A stretch of 62,851 nucleotides of DNA, the filler included, from Nitrospirota bacterium (lineage in GTDB: Bacteria > UBA2233), in assembly GCA_011620345.1 (NCBI GenBank). It is 6 parts of 6 records of this genome, joined end to end, with 100 filler letters (N's around TTAATTAATTAA, not from the genome) between each part and the next. Parts side by side here need not be neighbours in the genome. Positions count along the whole stretch, not along the records: positions 1 to 10,095 come from WOZJ01000055.1; positions 10,196 to 31,676 come from WOZJ01000050.1; 4 more parts are not named here. One strand, given 5' to 3'. A program made the translations under genes and the position numbers. The notes beneath the pieces were generated by a model, which was not told where the DNA came from, did not search any database, and worked only from the letters and a program-made list of their open reading frames with translations. Shown here piece by piece: positions 9,603 through 18,472 of the stretch (positions are counted from its first letter, which is position 1; the number at the start of each line of letters is the position of its first letter).

Positions 9603-9639
9603 GGCTTCTTTTGTTTGTCCCGCTCGACCCCTTGGATCA

Positions 9640-10095
9640 CCGTAACCACGTTCTCTTTGGTGGATACAGAAGAGCATTGGCCTGGCTACGCTATAAAGAA
9701 CGCGTCTTGGTGAACAAGAAAAGGGTCCTTAGGCTCATGCAAGTGAGTGGCCTTACGCTGAAGCCAAATGAACGGCTCAGAGCCTACCTCTACGGCGTTC
9801 GTGAAAGCCTGCGGCCTGCTCGGGATCAATCAGGCCTTCACGAGCTACTCGAACCCCAAGGGGAATGCCGATACCGACACGAAGTCGGCGAAGCAAAGGG
9901 TCATGAGGACGCTCAAAGAAGAGCTGGTCCATATAAGGGAATGGAAGAGCCAAGAGGAGCTTATTAAGGCCTTAGGGGGCTGGATCAGGTTCTACAACGA
10001 GGAGTACCTCCACTCGTCTCTTGGGTATAAATCGCCAACAACGTTTGCTTCGCCGACTTCGTGTGAAAATGAATGGGAGGGGGAAGAGATGTGTC
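9640..10095 (+). mobile_element. IS3-family transposase remnant (internally deleted, frameshifted)
   Basis: GYRRA..WL...VNKKRVLRLM (HTH part) joined out of frame to NGSEPTS...PKGNADT...RTLKEE...YNEEYLHSSLGYKSP (integrase core end). Confidence 0.88.
9877..10064. repeat. Perfect 21-bp inverted repeat pair ACACGAAGTCGGCGAAGCAAA (9877-9897 and 10044-10064)
   Basis: Direct reading: 10044-10064 TTTGCTTCGCCGACTTCGTGT is the exact reverse complement of 9877-9897. Confidence 0.95.
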
Positions 10096-10195
10096 NNNNN
10101 NNNNNNNNNNNNNNNNNNNNNNNNNNNNNNNNNNNNNNNTTAATTAATTAANNNNNNNNNNNNNNNNNNNNNNNNNNNNNNNNNNNNNNNNNNNN
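10096..10195. other. Artificial contig linker (N-run + TTAATTAATTAA)
   Basis: Six-frame stop spacer flanked by Ns; same linker at 31677-31776, 41164-41263, 50477-50576 and 59716-59815. Confidence 0.99.
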
Positions 10196-10215
10196 AATGA
10201 ACATGGGAGTTTTTT

Positions 10216-10830
10216 ATGCCGCTGGTTCCTATGGTTATCGAACAAACACTTCGCGGAGAGCGGGCGTACGATATTTACTCCAGACTCTTAAAAGAGCGCG
10301 TCGTTTTTTTGGGGAGCCCTATTAACTCGGATATTGCAAACCTGATTATCGCCCAGCTCTTGTATCTTGAGTCTGAAGATCCTGAAAAAGATATCTACCT
10401 CTACGTGAACTCTCCGGGGGGTCTGGTTACTGCCGGGCTCGCCATTTACGACACGATGCAGTTCATCAAGCCTGACGTGGCTACGCTGTGTCTTGGAATG
10501 GCTGCGAGCATGGGTGCCGTGCTTCTGGCTGCCGGCGCCAAAGGAAAACGCTTCGCACTTCCGCACTCCCGCATCCTGATCCACCAGCCGTCAGGGGGGT
10601 TTCAAGGGCAAGCCGCGGATATCGAAATTCAAGCGCGTGAAATTCTAAGGCTCAAGGCGGAACTCACCCTCATCCTCTCCGGCCATACTGGACAGCCTAT
10701 CGATAAGGTGGAAAAGGATACCGATAGGGACTATTTCATGAACGCCGAAGAAGGGGTAGAGTACGGGATCATCGACCAGGTGATCTCAAAGAAGCGAGCT
10801 GGCGGGTTGATGCAGGAACGCCACGAATAA
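10216..10830 (+). CDS. clpP: ATP-dependent Clp protease proteolytic subunit
   Basis: [30 protein letters not shown]. Confidence 0.99.
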   Translation: MPLVPMVIEQTLRGERAYDIYSRLLKERVVFLGSPINSDIANLIIAQLLYLESEDPEKDIYLYVNSPGGLVTAGLAIYDTMQFIKPDVATLCLGMAASMGAVLLAAGAKGKRFALPHSRILIHQPSGGFQGQAADIEIQAREILRLKAELTLILSGHTGQPIDKVEKDTDRDYFMNAEEGVEYGIIDQVISKKRAGGLMQERHE

Positions 10831-10857
10831 CCGCATGGGTATAAGGAGCTGACTCCT

Positions 10858-12120
10858 ATGGATAAGAAAAGATCCGGAAAGGGCCATTTGACATGCTCTT
10901 TCTGCGGCAAATCCCAGGATGAAGTCAAAAAGCTGATCGCGGGCCCGTCGGTCTACATCTGCGATGAATGCGTCGATCTTTGCAACGATATTCTGGCCGG
11001 AGACGCTGGGTTCGAGGGGAACTGCTACCCGGAGGGCCAGATTCCTAAGCCATACGAGATGAAGAAAATTTTAGACGAGTACGTCGTAGGCCAGGAACGG
11101 GCCAAGAAGGTTTTGTCGGTCGCCGTATACAACCACTACAAGCGTATTGAGTACCGTCCTCAGGCGCACGATGACGTGGAGCTTCAGAAGTCAAACATTA
11201 TGATGATTGGGCCTACTGGATCCGGAAAAACGCTCCTTGCACAAACGCTGGCCAAAATCCTGAATGTCCCCTTCGCCATTGCCGATGCTACAACGCTGAC
11301 GGAGGCCGGATATGTCGGCGAGGACGTTGAAAACATCATCCTAAGCCTTCTACAGAATGCCAACTTTGACGTCGAGAGAGCTCAAAGGGGCATCGTATAT
11401 ATCGATGAAATTGATAAAATTTCTCGGAAATCTGAAAATTCCTCGATCACTCGGGATGTTTCCGGTGAAGGCGTGCAGCAGGCCCTTTTGAAGATCCTCG
11501 AAGGGACCGTTGCAAACGTTCCACCAAAAGGGGGCAGGAAACACCCTCAACAAGAATACATCCAGGTGGATACGGCAAACATTTTGTTCATCTGTGGCGG
11601 GACATTCTGTGGGTTGGACAAGATCGTAGAGAGGCGCCTAAAGGGCAGAACGATCGGATTCCATCGCGATTCTCCCGAAGGCCAGGAAGCTATTGAAGCC
11701 GCAAAGCAAAACCTGTTAAACGTTTCTCAGCCGGAAGACCTGATCAGGTTTGGGTTGATTCCTGAATTTATAGGGCGCTTGCCGGTTATGGTGACCCTTG
11801 AGGAGCTCGACACCAAAGCGCTTGTTCGAATCCTTAAAGAACCCAAAGGTTCGCTTGTAAAGCAGTATCAGAAGCTTTTTGAGCTGGACGCTGCAGCATT
11901 GAAGTTTACGGACGATGCTCTCGAAGTGATTGCAAAAGAAGCGCTCAAGCGAAAGTCGGGGGCGAGGGGGCTAAGGGCGATCATGGAATCGCTTATGCTT
12001 GACATCATGTATGAGATCCCTTCCCGAAAGGATATTAAAGAAGTTATAATCAACAAGGATGTCGTTGCTCAAGGGAGCAAGCCTTTGTTGGTCGCTTCAA
12101 GGAAAGCCGAGATCGCCTAG
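10858..12120 (+). CDS. clpX: ATP-dependent Clp protease ATP-binding subunit
   Basis: CSFCGK zinc finger, [19 protein letters not shown] loop, IGF loop, GARGLR. Confidence 0.99.
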   Translation: MDKKRSGKGHLTCSFCGKSQDEVKKLIAGPSVYICDECVDLCNDILAGDAGFEGNCYPEGQIPKPYEMKKILDEYVVGQERAKKVLSVAVYNHYKRIEYRPQAHDDVELQKSNIMMIGPTGSGKTLLAQTLAKILNVPFAIADATTLTEAGYVGEDVENIILSLLQNANFDVERAQRGIVYIDEIDKISRKSENSSITRDVSGEGVQQALLKILEGTVANVPPKGGRKHPQQEYIQVDTANILFICGGTFCGLDKIVERRLKGRTIGFHRDSPEGQEAIEAAKQNLLNVSQPEDLIRFGLIPEFIGRLPVMVTLEELDTKALVRILKEPKGSLVKQYQKLFELDAAALKFTDDALEVIAKEALKRKSGARGLRAIMESLMLDIMYEIPSRKDIKEVIINKDVVAQGSKPLLVASRKAEIA

Positions 12121-12194
12121 GGCGGTTAGCTCAGCGGTAGAGCATCGGCCTTACAAGCCGGGGGCCATTGGTTCGAATCCAGTACCGCCCACCA
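12120..12194 (+). tRNA. tRNA-Val(TAC)
   Basis: Acceptor GGGCGGT/ACCGCCC, TAGCTCAG..GG D arm, anticodon loop CTTACAA, GGTTCGAATCC, encoded CCA. Confidence 0.97.
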
Positions 12195-12208
12195 GCGAGA
12201 ACGGATGC

Positions 12209-12285
12209 GGGGTCGTAGTTCAGACGGTTAGAACGCCGGCCTGTCACGCCGGAGGTCGCGAGTTCGAGTCTCGTCGGCCCCGCCA
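12209..12285 (+). tRNA. tRNA-Asp(GTC)
   Basis: Acceptor GGGGTCG/CGGCCCC, anticodon loop CTGTCAC, GTTCGAG T loop, GCCA end. Confidence 0.97.
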
Positions 12286-12319
12286 TTTTTTACCCTTGAT
12301 ACAATGAAGCCATGAATGC

Positions 12320-12808
12320 ATGGGCGATTGGACGCATTTCGATGAACATGGCCTACCCAGGATGGTGGATATCGCCGGGAAGGCGGAGTCTCATCGGTTG
12401 GCTCGTGCGGTCGCAGCCGTAGAGATGCTTCCTGCTACGCTCGAGGCGATTGAAAAGGGGCATGTGAAGAAAGGGGACGTCTTTGGCGTAGCAACCACAG
12501 CAGGGGTTCTTGCCGCCAAGCAATCTGCTTTTTTGATTCCCATGTGCCATCCTATCCGTTTGACGCGTGTATCCCTTAATTTTCAGCCTCAAGAAGACAA
12601 ACGGGGTGTGCTTATTGAGGCGATCGTGGAAGCGTTCGACAGGACGGGTGTAGAGATAGAGGCCCTGGTCGCGGCAAGTATTGCAGCGGTGACGGTCATT
12701 GACATGTGCAAGGCGCTGGATCGGACGATGTCGGTTCGGTCTGTCTTGCTCAAAGAAAAGCTCGGCGGAAGAAGTGGGCATTTCCTGCGCCAAGATGCCC
12801 CTGAGTGA
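12320..12808 (+). CDS. moaC: Cyclic pyranopterin monophosphate synthase
   Basis: THFDE.G.PRMVDI, KGDV, LIPMCHP, TGVEIEAL, DMCKA, K.GGRSG. Confidence 0.97.
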   Translation: MGDWTHFDEHGLPRMVDIAGKAESHRLARAVAAVEMLPATLEAIEKGHVKKGDVFGVATTAGVLAAKQSAFLIPMCHPIRLTRVSLNFQPQEDKRGVLIEAIVEAFDRTGVEIEALVAASIAAVTVIDMCKALDRTMSVRSVLLKEKLGGRSGHFLRQDAPE

Positions 12809-13382
12809 GGTTCGTCGCTCCGCTTGCATCCTTGTCGGCGGGGAAAGCCGGCGTATGGGGCAAAATAAGGCGTATTTATCTTTCCGAGGTATGCCTTTTG
12901 TCCTAAGTCTGATTGCCCTTCTTAAGGACACCTTCCATGAGCTTTTCCTCGTAGGGAAGGATTTTGATCTTTACGGGAAGCTAGGTATTCCTTTTGTTCA
13001 AGATAGGTATCCGCTTCAAGGAGCTGCCGTCGGGGTTGCTAGCGGCTTGAGGGCAGCCCGGCACGAGTGGTTGTTTGTGTGTGCCGTAGACATGCCCTTG
13101 GTTAAACTTCCTATGGTCAGCCTTCTGGATCGCCAAATTTCTTCAGCCTCTAGCCGCCATCTTGGAATCATTCCAACCATTCAAGGAAGGCTTGAGCCCC
13201 TTTGCGCGTTCTACCATAGGCGGTTTCTGGATGTTCTCGATCGAGAGCTTCAAAAAGAACGGACGCCCTCCATAAACGCCCTTCTTCGTGCCCACCCCAT
13301 CATCGAACTTGCTGTCCCCCAAGGACTTTCAGAAAGCCTAACGAATGTGAACACTCCTCAGGAGTACGAAGAACTCCTTTAG
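12795..13382 (+). CDS. mobA: Molybdenum cofactor guanylyltransferase
   Basis: [32 protein letters not shown]. Confidence 0.93.
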   Translation: MPLSEVRRSACILVGGESRRMGQNKAYLSFRGMPFVLSLIALLKDTFHELFLVGKDFDLYGKLGIPFVQDRYPLQGAAVGVASGLRAARHEWLFVCAVDMPLVKLPMVSLLDRQISSASSRHLGIIPTIQGRLEPLCAFYHRRFLDVLDRELQKERTPSINALLRAHPIIELAVPQGLSESLTNVNTPQEYEELL

Positions 13383-13699
13383 CTTGAGCCGTTTGTCGTT
13401 TTCTTATGCTCTTGGACGACCGGCTTAGGATCAGCTTTTTCCTTGCCTTCATTTTGTCCGCCATTTTGCGCGGTTGGCTTCTGTTCGGGTTGAGAGGTAG
13501 CCTGGGGGCTGCTCGATGGAGCGCTTGCGTAGTCCGTTTTATACCAGCCTGTCCCTTTGAGCACGAAGCTGCTCAACGAAATACGCTTCCGAAGGACTCC
13601 ATTGCAATGAGGGCATGTCCGCAAGGGATCCTCGCCTGCTTTCTGGAAGGCCTCCAAAGGCTGGCCGCAATGCGTGCATTCGTATTCGTAGATAGGCAT
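13379..13699 (-). CDS. FmdB family zinc-ribbon protein
   Basis: [11 protein letters not shown]...CPxC...[12 protein letters not shown] plus low-complexity tail. Confidence 0.92.
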   Translation of the reverse strand: MPIYEYECTHCGQPLEAFQKAGEDPLRTCPHCNGVLRKRISLSSFVLKGTGWYKTDYASAPSSSPQATSQPEQKPTAQNGGQNEGKEKADPKPVVQEHKKTTNGSS

Positions 13700-13754
13700 T
13701 CTTGGGTAGCTCTCCTCAATATTTATGTTATGCACAAGAAGACCTCTTTCCTTA

Positions 13755-15365
13755 TTAGTATAACACCTTCATCGGTTCAATCAAGGGCAAGAGGCTGAGA
13801 TAAACCCCGTTTGTCCATCCAAACCCAACTTCGTTCGTTAGATAGCCGAATTGGACGTCATCGCCTACCTCGATATTGCATGCCTGAACGTTGTACTTCT
13901 CCCTGATCGTTCCTGTTCGAGCATGCTCATCTGTCACGAGACGGATAAATTTTTCAGCAATACGAGCGGCTTCTTCCGTATAGCCATACCGAAGAAGTCC
14001 CCGTACGGCGATCCATTGGAGCGGGGCCCAGCCAAATGGGGCGTCCCACTGGTTCCCTGAGGGGGTTAGGCTGGTTTGAAGCCCGCATGAAGTTTCAAAA
14101 CGAGGCAAGTTATCGACAATCCACTTTGCTTGGGCATTGGATGCGATTCCGGCCCACAGGGGATAGAAGGTTGTGAGGAAAGGATAAGCATGCCTTGCTC
14201 GCGAACGAAAATGGTAATCAAAGTACATTCCCTGTTGTTCGTCCCAAAGAAGGCGGTTAATTGTATCCTTTCTTCGTTTTGCGAGCCTTTCGAAGAGGGT
14301 AGCACCCTTGGGATCGCCCAGTATACGATGGATATCGGCGATGTCGTCTTCCATTATATACAAAAGCGTGTTGAGGCATACGGGGAAATAGTTGACGATA
14401 TCCACGCCAAACTCACCAAACCTGGCCGTGGGGTCAAACCCGGATTCCCTAACGCTCCTGTCGCCGGTGTAGAATAAATCGGTGAGCTCTCCAGCTTCCG
14501 CGTCGAAAAAGAGGTCTTTGTCGTACCCTACGTCGGCATTTTCCTTGTAATAGTCTTTTACCCTGTCGTAATGCGATCTTCCAAGCTCATCCACCTCGCT
14601 CCATACGACTTCCGGCGCAGGTCCTTTGCCTAGCGCATAGTACCGGGAGAGTCCACCGGCCTCGAGAACATGAGGGGGGCACGTCCAGAACCTGTAATGA
14701 TCGAGGAGGAAGGGCAGGGCTCGCTTAAGCCACGCGGTGTCCTTCGTGCGTTCGAACACATCGAGGACGGCACGCGTTAAGAATGGGGGGTTGGAGCGGC
14801 CGAGGTAGTATGTCCGGTTGGCATTCAGGATCTTTTGATAGTGGCGAATCTGGTAAAAGTAGTTCTCGACAATACTCTTCGCCAAATCGATTCTTCCAGA
14901 TGTCAGAAGTCCAAGGAGGATAAAATAGCTGTCCCATCCGTACATTTCGTTGAATCGCCCTCCCGGTACGACATAGGGGTAGGGCAAGAACAAAAGTCCA
15001 TGCTCTTCGATATTGTCCGGGTCGTCCGGGATAGTACGAATCTCGACCCCAGAGAGCTCAGCCGACGAAAGAGTTCGAGAAAGGAGCGTTTGAATGCCCT
15101 CCAAGTCCTCTAGACCTGAGATGTACAAGGGCCATGGTTTTCCTGGATCATGGGGGATTTTGATGTCCTGAACGGCTATCGGGATGTCTTTAAGCGTTCG
15201 TGTAAGCTCATGCCATGCCTGGTCGATGTATACCGAGGTGTTTGCAACCCGATTTTGTTCTTGTAGGCCTAGGAAGATACCCTCGAGAGTGGCTTTTTCC
15301 AAGGGATGTGCGTGGGAAAGGGCGATTTGACAGCCAAGCAAAAATATAGTAAATACTATTCGCAA
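13755..15365 (-). CDS. Alpha,alpha-trehalase (GH37), probably exported
   Basis: [62 protein letters not shown]; signal-like stretch ending LSHA. Start uncertain (15365-15518). Confidence 0.93.
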   Translation of the reverse strand: MRIVFTIFLLGCQIALSHAHPLEKATLEGIFLGLQEQNRVANTSVYIDQAWHELTRTLKDIPIAVQDIKIPHDPGKPWPLYISGLEDLEGIQTLLSRTLSSAELSGVEIRTIPDDPDNIEEHGLLFLPYPYVVPGGRFNEMYGWDSYFILLGLLTSGRIDLAKSIVENYFYQIRHYQKILNANRTYYLGRSNPPFLTRAVLDVFERTKDTAWLKRALPFLLDHYRFWTCPPHVLEAGGLSRYYALGKGPAPEVVWSEVDELGRSHYDRVKDYYKENADVGYDKDLFFDAEAGELTDLFYTGDRSVRESGFDPTARFGEFGVDIVNYFPVCLNTLLYIMEDDIADIHRILGDPKGATLFERLAKRRKDTINRLLWDEQQGMYFDYHFRSRARHAYPFLTTFYPLWAGIASNAQAKWIVDNLPRFETSCGLQTSLTPSGNQWDAPFGWAPLQWIAVRGLLRYGYTEEAARIAEKFIRLVTDEHARTGTIREKYNVQACNIEVGDDVQFGYLTNEVGFGWTNGVYLSLLPLIEPMKVLY

Positions 15366-15459
15366 GAAGGATTTAAGATTTCCCTTTGTCCGCCGAACTG
15401 ACGGCGTTCCCTGGTCCTGGCCGACACTTGAGCCGATTCGAACCCATGTTTGGAGTTTC

Positions 15460-16179
15460 ATGGCCCCTCCCCAATCTTCTACTGATACGACGCATCGCGT
15501 GTCTTCGGTTTCTCGCATGTTCGGGCGTATTGCGCCGTCCTACGATGCGCTGAACCATATTCTATCATTCGGCATGGATATTGTCTGGCGTTCCCGAATG
15601 GCAAAGGTTGTCCGCGGGCTACCACACGCCCCGCGGATTCTCGATTTGTGCACAGGTACTGGCGACCAAGCCTATGCCGTGCTTAGAAAGTCTCCCCGTG
15701 TACGAATAACCGGCATCGATGCCGCACGGCCTATGCTCACGATAGGGAAGCAAAAGGACCGAGAAGGGCGGGTTGTTTTTTTGCAGGCTTCTGCCCTTCG
15801 TCTTCCGTTTCGAGGCGGCACCTTCGATGCCTGCTTTTGCGCATTCGGTCTAAGAAACCTACCGAATCTGCCCACAGCCCTCAAAGAAGCCAGAAGGGTG
15901 CTTAAGCCTGGTGGGTTGCTGATCGTCCTCGAGTTCTTTAAGCCCACTGGGTGGTTCGATCGCCTTTTCTATGAGGTCGTTGCTCCAAGTTACGTTCCTC
16001 GCCTCGGTTCCTGGTTGGCGGGCGATGCCGCAGCCTATAGGTACCTTATCGGGAGTGTTGGCTCTTTCTTGACAACAGGCCAGTTCCTTGAGGCCTTGGA
16101 GAACGCCGGGTTTGTCCTTGTCGCTCGAAAGCGATTCTTTTTTGGAATCGCCCACGGGTTGACCGCTCAATGCCGATAA
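15460..16179 (+). CDS. ubiE: Ubiquinone/menaquinone biosynthesis C-methyltransferase (UbiE/MenG)
   Basis: MF..IAP.YD.LN..LSFG.D..WR, LDLCTGTGD, AFGLRN, RVLKPGG, AY.YL..S. Confidence 0.92.
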   Translation: MAPPQSSTDTTHRVSSVSRMFGRIAPSYDALNHILSFGMDIVWRSRMAKVVRGLPHAPRILDLCTGTGDQAYAVLRKSPRVRITGIDAARPMLTIGKQKDREGRVVFLQASALRLPFRGGTFDACFCAFGLRNLPNLPTALKEARRVLKPGGLLIVLEFFKPTGWFDRLFYEVVAPSYVPRLGSWLAGDAAAYRYLIGSVGSFLTTGQFLEALENAGFVLVARKRFFFGIAHGLTAQCR

Positions 16180-16195
16180 AACATACGGGGGTGGT

Positions 16196-17026
16196 TTGAT
16201 GAAACGCTTTATCGTTGCATCTTTTCTCTGGTTGGCGTGCTTAGGGGGGGGTAGCGCGTGTTTTGCATCGACGTTCTCGCTCGTTCGGAGCGCAATCCCG
16301 CTTAAGAGCGGAGAAGTTCTTGCAGGGGTTGGGTTTGGCTTTCAAGATGCCGCGAACGGTGCGCACTACGTGCGCGTGCCGAGGGTCTTGCTTGGGGTTG
16401 GATTTGCCGACGTCGTTGATTTTCAAGTGGACTATGAATACTTGCTTTTGCGCCATGATCCCTTCTTCCCCAAACAAGAGGACTCGGGCGATGCCGTCTT
16501 GGCCACAAGGCTGTCCTTCCTTCGGCTGTACGGGTATCGGTTTGGACTTGGAGTTAACGTGAAGCTACCAAATGCAGCCGACGATAAGGGGATGGGGACA
16601 GACGAGACAGATGTCCAGATCCTACTTCTTACATCAAAAACCTTTGGGAAATTCCAATTGGACTTTAACGTTGGGATTGGGCTGATGGGGGACCCAACGA
16701 AGAATGCAGACCAAAGAGATTTGGTCGTCGTAGGAATTTCCGCATCCTATCCTCTTGCCCGGGACATCAGCCTCCTTACGGAATTTTCGATGAACTCCGA
16801 CCTCCACGATGTTCGCATCGTTGGCTTGAAGCAAGGTCCCTTTTTTAACGATGAAAATATTCTGAAGGCTGGCGGTGGGGTGAGTTTCCCTATGTTTTGG
16901 CGTATTCAAGGAGAGCTCCTTGGCCGAGCCGGGCTTACGGGAGATTCTCCGAATTATGAAATCTTCTTTGGCCTCACACGAAAATTCCAGCTACCTAAAT
17001 TTCCCATAGAGGTCGGTTCTTCGTAA
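16196..17026 (+). CDS. Secreted protein, probable outer-membrane beta-barrel
   Basis: Signal peptide; alternating amphipathic strands; GD...., KLPNA...GMGT.ETD pattern; aromatic terminal strand FFGLTRKF. Confidence 0.65.
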   Translation: MMKRFIVASFLWLACLGGGSACFASTFSLVRSAIPLKSGEVLAGVGFGFQDAANGAHYVRVPRVLLGVGFADVVDFQVDYEYLLLRHDPFFPKQEDSGDAVLATRLSFLRLYGYRFGLGVNVKLPNAADDKGMGTDETDVQILLLTSKTFGKFQLDFNVGIGLMGDPTKNADQRDLVVVGISASYPLARDISLLTEFSMNSDLHDVRIVGLKQGPFFNDENILKAGGGVSFPMFWRIQGELLGRAGLTGDSPNYEIFFGLTRKFQLPKFPIEVGSS

Positions 17027-17103
17027 GGAGGGGAGCTGCTTCATGCGTCTTTGCAAAGCGGAAAGCACCTGCTACAATAACTTTGTCTTACAGGGAGGAG
17101 ACG

Positions 17104-17523
17104 ATGGAGCGCATACCTGTTCTCAAGATTTCCGACTTTTTGATCGTGACTATCCAAGTGGCCTTGGACGATGAGTCTGCGCTGAAGCTTCAAGAAGACA
17201 TTCTCGAAGAAATTGCTAAGACAAAGGCCAAGGGGCTGTTGATCGACATTACGGCGGTAGATATCGTCGATTCGTTTATGGGAAGGATGATCCGAGACAT
17301 CGCCAGGATGGCCAGATTGATGGGGCCCCCCACCATTGTGGTGGGCATGCAGCCTGCCGTGGCCATCACGCTCGTAGAGCTTGGCCTGAAAATGACAGGC
17401 GTAAGCTGCGCTCTGAACCTTGAGAAGGGCCTTTTGATGCTCAAGGAGATGGTGGAAGCCAAAGAGAGGGAAGAACGCACACTGGAAGCGGAAGAGACCG
17501 AGGGTTATGAGGCAGGTGCTTGA
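17104..17523 (+). CDS. rsbS: STAS-domain stressosome antagonist RsbS
   Basis: IPVLKI...LIVTIQ, IDITAVDIVDSF, GMQPAVAITLVELG. Confidence 0.93.
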   Translation: MERIPVLKISDFLIVTIQVALDDESALKLQEDILEEIAKTKAKGLLIDITAVDIVDSFMGRMIRDIARMARLMGPPTIVVGMQPAVAITLVELGLKMTGVSCALNLEKGLLMLKEMVEAKEREERTLEAEETEGYEAGA

Positions 17524-17911
17524 AGAAGTTGCTGTTCGCAACAATACGGATATCGTTACTGCACGCAACAGCGTCCGCACGCACGCAAAGCAGATAGGTT
17601 TTGGATTGGTCGACCAATCCAGGATTGCAACCGCGGTCTCTGAGCTTGCCCGCAATATCGTTGTGTACGCGAAATCCGGAAAAGTGGAGATCGCCAAATT
17701 AAACGAAGATTCAAAGAAGGGGATCGAGGTTGTTTGCGAAGACAACGGGCCTGGCATCCCGGACATAGAGCAGGCGATGTCGGAGGGGTTCACAACAGGC
17801 GGGTCGCTTGGCATGGGCATGCCCGGGACAAAAAAACTTATGGACGCGATGGACGTTTGGTCCGAGGCTGGCAAGGGAACGCGCATTACGATCCGAAAGT
17901 TCCTCAAGTAA
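17507..17911 (+). CDS. rsbT: Ser/Thr kinase (switch/anti-sigma regulatory factor) RsbT
   Basis: DIVTAR, IATAVSELARNI..YA, D.GPGI.DI..AM..GFTTG.SLG.G.PG.K.LMD. Confidence 0.93.
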   Translation: MRQVLEEVAVRNNTDIVTARNSVRTHAKQIGFGLVDQSRIATAVSELARNIVVYAKSGKVEIAKLNEDSKKGIEVVCEDNGPGIPDIEQAMSEGFTTGGSLGMGMPGTKKLMDAMDVWSEAGKGTRITIRKFLK

Positions 17912-17914
17912 GCC

Positions 17915-18472
17915 GTGGCATGCATTAGGCCTGATTTCTGGATTCGAAGAATGGCTCAAGAGACTGGCATGATCGAGCCTTTCGAGGAGCGGCAGGTGCG
18001 GGATGGGGTCATTTCGTACGGCGTTTCCTCGTATGGCTACGACGTCAGGGTTGCCGATGAGTTCAAGATTTTTACGAACGTGTTCAACACGGTTGTTGAC
18101 CCAAAGGGCTTTGATCCGAAAAGCTTTGTGGACTACAAAGGGTATGTGTGCGTGATTCCTCCCAACTCTTTTGCGTTGGCGAGGAGCGTCGAGTATCTCC
18201 GTATACCGCGCAACACGATGACGATCTGCGTAGGGAAATCCACCTACGCTCGCTGCGGGATCATTACCAATGTAACCCCCCTCGAGCCAGAATGGGAGGG
18301 GCACATCACGATCGAAATTTCAAACACAACTCCTTTACCAGCCAAGATCTATGCCAACGAAGGCATCGCACAGGTGGTATTCTTCGAAGCCGAGGAGGTA
18401 TGCGCCGAATCCTACAAGGATAGATCGGGCAAATACCAGTCCCAACGAGGGATCACGCTACCTAAAATCTGA
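17915..18472 (+). CDS. dcd: dCTP deaminase
   Basis: [47 protein letters not shown]. Confidence 0.97.
   Translation: MACIRPDFWIRRMAQETGMIEPFEERQVRDGVISYGVSSYGYDVRVADEFKIFTNVFNTVVDPKGFDPKSFVDYKGYVCVIPPNSFALARSVEYLRIPRNTMTICVGKSTYARCGIITNVTPLEPEWEGHITIEISNTTPLPAKIYANEGIAQVVFFEAEEVCAESYKDRSGKYQSQRGITLPKI

Noticed and set aside
10096-10195. Recurrent TTAATTAATTAA palindrome within N runs (five copies)
   Set aside because: Artificial six-frame-stop contig linker; ORFs ending in X...LIN and gene adjacency across it are artefacts.
17041-17925. 294-aa minus-strand ORF (and similar 58522-59544, 55952-56653)
   Set aside because: Antisense to well-supported genes; expected in GC-rich DNA.
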